From the NCBI GenBank assembly GCA_017992305.1, contig JAGOOX010000001.1, positions 1 to 48,368 on the forward strand: DNA of 48,368 nt. Reading direction: 5' to 3'. The notes beneath the pieces were generated by a model. The model ran no database searches, had not been told where the DNA came from, and was given only the letters and a program-made list of their open reading frames with translations. A program made the position numbers and the translations under genes. The DNA comes from Minisyncoccota bacterium (GTDB taxonomy: Bacteria; Patescibacteriota; Minisyncoccia; Phycocordibacterales; UBA9973). Position 1 is the stretch's first letter. The number at the start of each line of letters is the position of its first letter. Of the stretch, positions 1-7,077 are shown piece after piece.

Positions 1-103
1 AGGTTGGTTAGATTAAAAAATAGAAGCTTTGCTGTAATTTATAGCAAGGCTTTTATTTTTTACCTTGATAAAGTTCCACTCTAACGATACAATATACATA
101 TAT

Positions 104-2314
104 ATGCAACTAAAAAGCTTAGAGCTAAGCGGTTTTAAATCATTTGCGAAAAAGCATTCGCTTGATTTTCGTTCGCCTGTTACTGCGGTTGTTGGACCCA
201 ATGGTTCGGGTAAATCTAATGTTGTCGAAGCTATTCGCTTTGTTTTGGGCGAACAGTCAAACAAATCTATGCGGTCAAAGGCTGGCGCTGATTTAATATT
301 CAAGGGCTCAAAAAATTTAGAACAGTTGAATCGCGCCAAGGTTGAAATTGTTTTTGACAATACTGACCGCAAATTAACTTTTCAAAATTCATCTGATATC
401 AAGGTTGATTTAAACTTTGACGAAGTACGCATTTCGCGCGAAGTCTTTCGCGACGGGGCCAATAAATACTTAATCAATGGTAGCGAGGTACGGTTAAAAG
501 ACGTCACTGAGTTATTGGCAAGTGTTCATATTGGCGCATCGGGCCACCACATTATTTCGCAAGGCGAGGCTGATAAAATACTGTCAGCAACTCCGCGGGA
601 CAGAAAGAACATGATCGAAGACGCCCTGGGGTTAAGGATATATCAACTAAGAATGAAAGACGCCGAGAAAAAGCTTGAAAAAGCCAAGGCTAATTTAAAA
701 GAAGTAGGGTCACTTCGTCGCGAATTGGCACCGCACTTAACTTTTTTAAAGCGCCAGGTTGAAAAAATTGAAAAGGCCGAAAGCGTGCGTACTGAACTAG
801 AGGCCCGAACAGTTGAATTTTATAGTAATGAAAAGGCCCTGTTGTTATTAGACCGTCAAACCATTGAACAAGAACTAATTTTAAACAAGAATTTACTTGA
901 AAATATAAAGTCTGAAATTACCGGTACTGACAATGTTGAACGGGCAAATATTGATACAACTGAATTAAATAATTTGAAAAGGTCATTGCACGATAAGCAA
1001 TCGGCTCGGCAAAATATTGGTCAATCAATTGCGCGTATTGATGGTATGATATCAATGCTAGGTAGCTATGGCAAAGACTCGGCCGGCACTATATCGCTAA
1101 GTGTTTTAAAGGAAGAATTTAGAGTTGTTGCTTCGGTTTTGGATTTGGTTTTAAATTCAAGGCCTGACGAAATCAAAAACCATATTGAGCGTATTAAAAG
1201 TATTTTACATAAATTAGTTACCAGCGAGGCTGACATTAAGCAGGCTGAAAATCAATCAAAACTGATTGAGCTTGAGGTTGAAAAAAACAAATTGTTGGCC
1301 GAAATGCAAATTGCCGATGCTGAAGTTGTTGAATTAAACGGCAAGGTTAACGAAATTGAAAGTTCTATTCAATCTGCTAATCGAAATATTCAAAACAAAG
1401 AATTTGCTTTGCGCAGTATTTTAGAACGTGAAGGTGAAGTCAAAACAAAAATCGCCCTACTTGAACGCGACATGCAAAATTTGGGTGAGCGCGAAAATTT
1501 TATCCCCGCATTCGAAGAGGAGATGGCAATGCTATTAGGCCCAGCGATAATTCACAAAGCTCGTGGTGCAGAGGTAGTTAATGTACCTAGTAAAGAAGCC
1601 CATACTGAGTCTCGTCGCATACTAGAGCGCCTTAAAATAAAACTTGAAGAGCTTGGCGGTATTGGAGGAGGCGAGGTAGTCAAAGAATTTAATGAAACCG
1701 CCGAACGTGACCAGTTTTTAGAGAAGGAGGTTAATGATATAGAGGGTAGTATTGAAAACCTATCTAATTTGGTCGTTGATTTACGCGAAGAAATGAATAA
1801 GTTGTTCAATGAGGGCATATTAAACATTAACAATGTGTTTAAAGACTTTTTTGCATCAATGTTTGGTGGTGGTAATGCATTTTTGAGTGTTGTAACCGAA
1901 CATAAACGCAAAGACGATGATGATGTGGCCGACAACAAAGAAGGTGACTTTGTGGTTGAACAGGGTATAGACATTAATGTGTCATTGCCTCATAAAAAGG
2001 TTAAAGACCTGCACATGCTATCAGGTGGCGAAAGGTCACTAACATCTATTGCACTACTATTTTCAATGAGTCAGGTTACACCACCACCGTTTTTGGTATT
2101 AGATGAAACTGACGCCGCACTCGATGAAGCAAATTCGCGCCGTTACGGTGACATGATCGAACGCCTTTCAAAACTATCACAACTAGTGGTTGTAACCCAC
2201 AACCGCGAGACCATGTCACGCGCTGGGGTATTGTACGGGGTAACTATTGGGGCCGACGGCTCGTCTAAACTGCTATCAGTCAAATTCGACGAGGCTACGC
2301 AGTACGCTAAATAG
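104..2314 (+). CDS. smc: SMC-family chromosome-condensation ATPase, unusually short (736 aa), no recognisable hinge
   Basis: ORF 65..2314 with start moved to ATG 104 (MQLKSLELSGFKSFAKK...). Motifs: Walker A GPNGSGKS, ABC signature LSGGERSLTSIALLF, Walker B FLVLDETDAALD, coiled-coil-like middle. Promoter TTGATA(65-70)-17 nt-TACAAT(88-93) lies just upstream. Confidence 0.8.
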   Translation: MQLKSLELSGFKSFAKKHSLDFRSPVTAVVGPNGSGKSNVVEAIRFVLGEQSNKSMRSKAGADLIFKGSKNLEQLNRAKVEIVFDNTDRKLTFQNSSDIKVDLNFDEVRISREVFRDGANKYLINGSEVRLKDVTELLASVHIGASGHHIISQGEADKILSATPRDRKNMIEDALGLRIYQLRMKDAEKKLEKAKANLKEVGSLRRELAPHLTFLKRQVEKIEKAESVRTELEARTVEFYSNEKALLLLDRQTIEQELILNKNLLENIKSEITGTDNVERANIDTTELNNLKRSLHDKQSARQNIGQSIARIDGMISMLGSYGKDSAGTISLSVLKEEFRVVASVLDLVLNSRPDEIKNHIERIKSILHKLVTSEADIKQAENQSKLIELEVEKNKLLAEMQIADAEVVELNGKVNEIESSIQSANRNIQNKEFALRSILEREGEVKTKIALLERDMQNLGERENFIPAFEEEMAMLLGPAIIHKARGAEVVNVPSKEAHTESRRILERLKIKLEELGGIGGGEVVKEFNETAERDQFLEKEVNDIEGSIENLSNLVVDLREEMNKLFNEGILNINNVFKDFFASMFGGGNAFLSVVTEHKRKDDDDVADNKEGDFVVEQGIDINVSLPHKKVKDLHMLSGGERSLTSIALLFSMSQVTPPPFLVLDETDAALDEANSRRYGDMIERLSKLSQLVVVTHNRETMSRAGVLYGVTIGADGSSKLLSVKFDEATQYAK

Positions 2315-2353
2315 GTTAGAATACTCACTTTTCCACATAAAAACCACAAAAAC

Positions 2354-2382
2354 TTGACAAACAGAACATATCTTGCTATACT
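2354..2382 (+). promoter_or_regulatory. Near-consensus sigma70-type promoter (TTGACA-17 nt-TATACT, TGc extended -10) with no ORF downstream
   Basis: TTGACA 2354-2359, 17-nt spacer, TGCTATACT ending at 2382. The next ~900 nt are non-coding. Confidence 0.6.
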
Positions 2383-2388
2383 CTATTT

Positions 2389-2472
2389 GTGAGTTAAGAA
2401 CTCCAACCAGAAACGATTTATTGTAACTGGTTAAAGTCACAACATTACCGCCTTCGGGCGGTTTTGTTGTTT
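2389..2472 (+). ncRNA. Candidate small RNA (~80 nt) bounded by a promoter and an intrinsic terminator; identity unknown
   Basis: Predicted TSS lies ~7 nt after the -10 at 2382. Internal stem aaccag/ctggtt. Terminator CCGCCTTCGGGCGG (2448-2461) plus T-rich run to 2472. Confidence 0.35.
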
Positions 2473-2568
2473 AGATGAAGTTTGTAATTGCTTTGACGAG
2501 CTTGGTCTGGTTGAGCCCAGGATAGGGCGACCCGAGGACCCGAGGAGGAGCAATTACAAGCTTCATCT
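2473..2568 (+). ncRNA. 96-nt long-hairpin RNA candidate (20-bp closing stem, GC-rich apex); identity unknown
   Basis: agatgaagtttgtaattgct (2473-2492) pairs with agcaattacaagcttcatct (2549-2568). The only non-Watson-Crick pair is U2481.G2560, which would be A.C on the minus strand. The apex contains a tandem cccgagga repeat and GG-GCGA-CC. Confidence 0.35.
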
Positions 2569-2651
2569 ACGTGGCCTATTGCATTTAAATTTATATTTGT
2601 AATAATAAGGGTTCGGGGGCGTCATCTTAGTGTAGGCTCCATTTCGTATAT

Positions 2652-2745
2652 AAAAATTACCCCTTTCATGCAGGCATCGATTTCACTCACTTATTGACTT
2701 TGTGGAGTTTGACTCGTTACCTGCATCAAGAGGGTAATTTTTTTT
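2652..2745 (+). ncRNA. Large imperfect hairpin followed by a T-run (structured RNA 3' domain or terminator)
   Basis: aaaaattaccc..atgcagg (2652-2674) pairs with cctgcat..gggtaattttt (2720-2742), then a T-run. No ORF. Confidence 0.25.
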
Positions 2746-2770
2746 GTTTTATACCGTTTGATTTTTTGTA

Positions 2771-2936
2771 GAAAAATAAAAATAGCTTCTCACGCAGGGT
2801 ACGTATATTTTGTCGAGACAAAATTACTCAGTCTCGCGCCGACGCGCTGCGAAGCCCCTGCTTAGAGAACTATTTTATATTTTTCTTCCCCCTCCTTGTC
2901 AGCCTTGGCTGATGGGGAGGGGGTTAGGAGGTGGGG
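2771..2936 (+). repeat. Copy 1 of a ~165-nt GC-rich structured repeat (probable RNA element) ending in a G-rich tract
   Basis: Homologous to 16421-16583 in the same orientation. Termini are conserved and stems covary. 17-bp hairpin 2888-2923 has three G.U pairs. ORF 2810..2992 is an artefact of this element. Confidence 0.7.
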
Positions 2937-3235
2937 ATGTGACTAATTTTTTAATTTTGTTTTTATATTTTCTATATTTCGTTTGTAAATAATAGTTTAC
3001 ATATAGATAATTTTATTAAAAAAGCTATTTTATATATAAAAAATATAGAAAATTTATTATTTTTTATAAGTTTATGTAAATAATAATTTACGTATATACT
3101 TTTTTAACTTTTCCACACATACTAATGCTAAAAATATTGTTATTACATAACTATTAAACGATAATATATGTATAGCAACGAGATGGTTACCTGGTCGCAT
3201 CACGTTGCGCTTATAAATAATATGCATTAATGTTT

Positions 3236-3367
3236 ATGGCAGCAAAGAAAAGAAAGGCAGCTAAAAAAGCAGTTAAAAAAGTAGCAAAAAAGAAAGTTGC
3301 TAAAAAGACTGTAAAAAAAGCAGCTAAAAAAGCAGCAAAAAAGAAAACAGCTAAAAAGAAGAAATAA
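3236..3367 (+). CDS. 43-aa Lys/Ala-rich histone-H1-like (Hc1/HCT-like) basic protein
   Basis: ATG 3236 to TAA 3365-3367 encodes MAAKKRKAAKKAVKKVAKKKVAKKTVKKAAKKAAKKKTAKKKK. A strong terminator follows directly. Absent from the ORF track (<60 aa). Confidence 0.6.
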   Translation: MAAKKRKAAKKAVKKVAKKKVAKKTVKKAAKKAAKKKTAKKKK

Positions 3368-3390
3368 TATTTCTTAATACGCTTTTTAAG

Positions 3391-3428
3391 AAAACACTCC
3401 GTTCGATAGCCGGAGTGTTTTCTATTTT
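3391..3428 (+). terminator. Rho-independent terminator
   Basis: AAACACTCCG-loop-CGGAGTGTTT followed by TCTATTTT. Confidence 0.8.
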
Positions 3429-3481
3429 ATAAAGACCTGGTTATAGCAAAAAAGGCCTTTATTTGCTATAATGTCTACCTT

Positions 3482-5782
3482 ATGGGATTTTTCAATTTTG
3501 GAGGCGATATACGCGAAAAGACAAAGAAAAAATACACTCCTTTTGCGGAGCTTGTTAATAAGCACGAACCTGAATTGGCCAGCAAAAGTGCTGATGAATT
3601 AAAGGCTATTGTTGCTGATTTAAAAACAAGGGTTAGTGAAAAAGGTTTTGACGAATACGTCGAATCAATGGCTTTTGCGTTGGTGCGCGAGGCTTCAAAG
3701 CGCACGATTGGTCAACGTCATTACGACGAACAAATAATTGGTGGCAAAATCATTCACGAAGGCAACATTGCTGAAATGCGCACGGGTGAGGGTAAAACAT
3801 TGGTTGCAACATTACCTGCATTTTTAAATTCATTGTCAGGCAAGGGTGTGCACATTATTACTGTTAACGATTTCCTTGCACGTCGTGATGCTGGTTGGAT
3901 GGGGCAGGTATTTAATTACCTAGGTGTAAGTGTTTCGGTCATTGGTGGTCAAACTTCATTTATGTATGACCCTAGCGTTGTTGCACCCGAAGATACCAAT
4001 GATGAAGAAGTATTTCGTGTTGTCTATGAAAAACTGCGCCCTTGTACACGCCCCGAGGCTTACCAGGCCGATGTTACCTATGGTACCAATAGCGAATTTG
4101 GTTTTGACTATTTGCGAGACAATTTAATATATAGTTTAGATCAAAAAAACCAACGAGGTCACAACTATGCAATTATTGACGAAATAGACTCTATTTTAAT
4201 TGATGAAGCCCGAACACCATTAATTATTTCACAACCAGCCGAAGATAGTGATGAACTGTATGCAAAATTTGCAGGTATTGCCCGAAATTTGCACGAAACC
4301 GAAGACTACTCAATCGATGAAAAAATGAAGGCCATTCAGCTAACTGATAGTGGTATTTCAAAGACTGAAAATGAAATGGGTGTTGAAAATATTTATACCG
4401 AAAAGGGTATTCGTTATGTGCACCACCTTGAAAATGCAGTACGCGCCAAGGCACTGTACCTAAAAGACCGCGACTATGTTGTTAAAAATGGAGAAGTTAT
4501 AATCGTCGATCCTTTTACTGGCCGTATGCAACCAGGCCGCCGTTGGAGCGATGGATTGCACCAAGCTATTGAAGCCAAAGAGGGTGTTAAAGTCGAGCAA
4601 GAAACTAGAACTGTTGGTTCAATTACATACCAAAATTACTTTAGGTTCTACGATAAACTATCTGGTATGACAGGTACTGCCATGACTTCACGCGAAGAAT
4701 TTTATAAAGTTTACAAAATTGATGTTATACCTGTGCCTACACACCGTGCGATTAAACGTGTCGACCACAATGACCAAATCTTTCAAACTGAAAAAGGTAA
4801 ATTTGCCGCCGTTGCTAAAAAGGTTAAAGAGCTACAAAAAAATGGTCAACCTGTATTGATAGGTACTGTTTCAATTGAAAAAAGCGAATTGTTGTCGGCA
4901 TATTTAAATAGCGAGGGTGTAAAGCATACTGTTTTAAATGCTAAAAACCACGAAAAAGAGGGTGAAATAATTGCTCAAGCCGGCCGACGGGGTAGCGTAA
5001 TGGTTGCCACAAACATGGCAGGTCGCGGTATTGATATTATTTTGGGTGGTATGCCAGTTAATGTAGAAGATCAAGAGGCAATAAAGGCCATGGGTGGTTT
5101 ATACGTTATTGGTACTGAACGCCACGAGGCACGCCGAATTGATAACCAGTTGCGTGGCCGTGCTGGCCGTCAGGGTGACCCGGGCGAAACAGTGTTTTAC
5201 GTATCTCTTGAAGACGACCTAATGCGCATATTTGGTTCAGAGCGTATTAAAACTATGATGGGTCGTTTTGGTATACCCGAAGATCAGCCAATTGAAAACG
5301 GTATGATAACCAAAACTCTTGAAAACGCCCAGGCTAAAATTGAAGGCTTTCATTTTGATGCTCGTAAACACACTTTGGAATACGACGACGTGCTAAGCAC
5401 TCAACGAAACAGTATTTACGCTCGTAGAGCTAAATTGGTTGAAAGCGACAAAGCCCAACTTGATATAGTAATTGATCAAATACGTACAACCTTTACCGAT
5501 GTAGATGCGATTTTTGATGACAAGATAAAGGAGTTTGGCGAGGAGGCTTTTTATAATACCTTCAAGCAAATTTGTTTGTACACTAACGATTTATTATGGA
5601 TCGACCACCTAGAAACTATGGAATACATGCGAAATTCGGTTAATTTGCGTGCCTACGGCCAACGCGAACCACTAGTTGAGTATAAAAAAGAGGGCTTGGA
5701 ACGGTTCAGGGCAATGGAGGTCAACTTTTTGGCCGAATGCTTGAATTTGGTCAAGACTATGCAGGTTCAAAAGGGTCAATAA
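3482..5782 (+). CDS. secA: Preprotein translocase ATPase SecA (766 aa, short form)
   Basis: Motifs MRTGEGKT, DEIDSILIDEARTPLIIS, ATNMAGRGIDI, RIDNQLRGRAGRQGDPG. TGCTATAAT ends at 3472, 9 nt before the ATG. Confidence 0.95.
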   Translation: MGFFNFGGDIREKTKKKYTPFAELVNKHEPELASKSADELKAIVADLKTRVSEKGFDEYVESMAFALVREASKRTIGQRHYDEQIIGGKIIHEGNIAEMRTGEGKTLVATLPAFLNSLSGKGVHIITVNDFLARRDAGWMGQVFNYLGVSVSVIGGQTSFMYDPSVVAPEDTNDEEVFRVVYEKLRPCTRPEAYQADVTYGTNSEFGFDYLRDNLIYSLDQKNQRGHNYAIIDEIDSILIDEARTPLIISQPAEDSDELYAKFAGIARNLHETEDYSIDEKMKAIQLTDSGISKTENEMGVENIYTEKGIRYVHHLENAVRAKALYLKDRDYVVKNGEVIIVDPFTGRMQPGRRWSDGLHQAIEAKEGVKVEQETRTVGSITYQNYFRFYDKLSGMTGTAMTSREEFYKVYKIDVIPVPTHRAIKRVDHNDQIFQTEKGKFAAVAKKVKELQKNGQPVLIGTVSIEKSELLSAYLNSEGVKHTVLNAKNHEKEGEIIAQAGRRGSVMVATNMAGRGIDIILGGMPVNVEDQEAIKAMGGLYVIGTERHEARRIDNQLRGRAGRQGDPGETVFYVSLEDDLMRIFGSERIKTMMGRFGIPEDQPIENGMITKTLENAQAKIEGFHFDARKHTLEYDDVLSTQRNSIYARRAKLVESDKAQLDIVIDQIRTTFTDVDAIFDDKIKEFGEEAFYNTFKQICLYTNDLLWIDHLETMEYMRNSVNLRAYGQREPLVEYKKEGLERFRAMEVNFLAECLNLVKTMQVQKGQ

Positions 5783-5872
5783 AATATATAAAAACATGTG
5801 CAAAAGTCATAAAAAGCCTTATAAAATAAGGCTTTTTATGATACAAAACACCTAAAAGTCAAGTAAAATGAC

Positions 5873-5901
5873 TTGACTTTTAGGTTCGGTTTTGCTATAC
5901 T
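5873..5901 (+). promoter_or_regulatory. Promoter TTGACT-17 nt-TATACT (TGc extended -10)
   Basis: TTGACT 5873-5878, TATACT 5896-5901. It sits in the 3' arm of the second post-secA hairpin. Confidence 0.6.
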
Positions 5902-5988
5902 TGTACTAATCCCAAAACGTATTGGGATTTTGCTTTTAAAGGCAAGAAACATTCAGTCACGGGTTCCGCAGGTGCACAACTTGCAACT

Positions 5989-6528
5989 ATGTATAGTAAA
6001 ATAAAATTAACATTTTTCCAGTCGTTGATAGTAATGCCACTTATGGTAACGAATATCCTATCGGGTGTTCCGGTAAGTGCTACGATCACTACAGGCGAAA
6101 TGAACTCTACAAATTCGGCCGTAACTCCTGATGTTCGTGCTGAAAAGATCGACCAATACTTCAAGAGTAATAACATGCCTCTTGCTGGATATGGTCAACA
6201 AATGGTTGAAGTCGCCGATAAAAACGATATCGATTGGAGACTAATACCGGCGCTTGCCGTTATTGAGTCAACTGGAGGTAAGTTTGCGTGTAAAAGCGTA
6301 ACCTTTAGTGCCTTCGGTTGGGGATCATGTAAAATTGGTTTCAAATCATATGACCAGGCGATTGAATCTCTAGGTGAACACCTAGGTGGTAATAACCCGA
6401 ATACAAGTCGTTACTATAAAGGTAAAGACACAAAGGGTAAGCTTGCCAGATATAACTCGGTTATTCCCGATTATACAGCAAAAATAACGAAAGTTATGGA
6501 CACTATCGAGAATACTAAAGTTAAATAA
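5989..6528 (+). CDS. Secreted cell-wall hydrolase-like protein (glucosaminidase/lysozyme-like), tentative
   Basis: N-terminal hydrophobic signal-like segment. LIPALAVIESTGGKFA resembles the catalytic A-x-x-ES-G-x-G region of the FlgJ/LytD glucosaminidase fold. Terminator follows. Confidence 0.45.
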   Translation: MYSKIKLTFFQSLIVMPLMVTNILSGVPVSATITTGEMNSTNSAVTPDVRAEKIDQYFKSNNMPLAGYGQQMVEVADKNDIDWRLIPALAVIESTGGKFACKSVTFSAFGWGSCKIGFKSYDQAIESLGEHLGGNNPNTSRYYKGKDTKGKLARYNSVIPDYTAKITKVMDTIENTKVK

Positions 6529-6531
6529 AAC

Positions 6532-6565
6532 AAAACCCCGACATTGTCGGGGTTTTGTTTTATTC
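6532..6565 (+). terminator. Rho-independent terminator
   Basis: AAAACCCCGAC-attg-TCGGGGTTTT plus T-run. A second hairpin (6585-6612) with an A-run on plus serves the convergent minus-strand gene. Confidence 0.8.
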
Positions 6566-6621
6566 TTCTGTGTAAAAATAAAAAAAACCGGTCATTATAA
6601 CCGGCTTTTTAAGTAGATCTT

Positions 6622-7017
6622 TTAGTGGGACATAAAGGTTGGGTACTTATCGAACTCTCTCTTTATTTCAAGTGCCTCCCGCTCTTGTTTTGCTTTTTGA
6701 ATTGCAAACAATTCTTGTTGGATTTCAAAGTAAATCTCTCTTTCCTCATTTTTAACCTTGTTGAATTCTCGGCGCTTCTTGAGGTTTGGGGCAAGAAATG
6801 ACTTGAAGTCTTTGATATCATGAATATCCAAAGCTGGCATTTCGGGGGCAAATTTAGTGTAAACACTAGAACAGATGCGGTCAAAAGCTTCTTTTAATTG
6901 AGCTTTTTTAGCATTAGGGCGTGAATTTTTGAAGTTATTGTATCTGGTACAAAACTCTTCAACTACAAGTAGTCCTATTTCCATAGCTTTAATGATCTGT
7001 ATAGTCACATTATACAC
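6622..7017 (-). CDS. Hypothetical protein (131 aa from GTG 7017; alternative ATG at 6984)
   Basis: ORF with a charged helical C-terminal half and no recognisable motif. Start is uncertain because TATAAT overlaps the GTG codon region. Confidence 0.5.
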   Translation of the reverse strand: MYNVTIQIIKAMEIGLLVVEEFCTRYNNFKNSRPNAKKAQLKEAFDRICSSVYTKFAPEMPALDIHDIKDFKSFLAPNLKKRREFNKVKNEEREIYFEIQQELFAIQKAKQEREALEIKREFDKYPTFMSH

Positions 7018-7077
7018 TTATTATCTAAATTAGTCAAGTCTTTCATAGGCATAGAAATCATTGGCTAAATTAAGTGT

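Noticed and set aside
13-372. Antisense ORFs inside smc (13..372, 1552..1974, 2143..2349); similar antisense or off-frame ORFs inside secA, dnaE, fmt, def, hisS, gyrA, infB, clpB and others
   Set aside because: Each overlaps a gene with strong family motifs on the other strand or in another frame. None has promoter or terminator support.
2473-2568. Annotating the long hairpin as SRP (4.5S) RNA
   Set aside because: Size and shape fit, but the conserved helix-8 apex (GGAA/GNRA tetraloop flanked by the AGCA-containing symmetric loop) could not be aligned convincingly by eye. It is left as an unnamed ncRNA candidate.
2810-2992. 60-aa ORF (MSRQNYSVSRRRAAKPL...MGRGLGGGDV...)
   Set aside because: It lies entirely within copy 1 of the GC-rich structured repeat. 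The same MGRGLGGG translation appears as a spurious N-terminal extension of pth at copy 2. Variation between the copies is compensatory at the nucleotide level, not synonymous at the codon level, so it is not coding.
2315-3235. Calling this non-coding region the chromosomal origin (oriC)
   Set aside because: There are only two one-mismatch DnaA-like boxes ~780 nt apart. No dnaA or dnaN is in the window, and GC skew cannot be computed here. Kept as a low-interest hypothesis rather than a feature.
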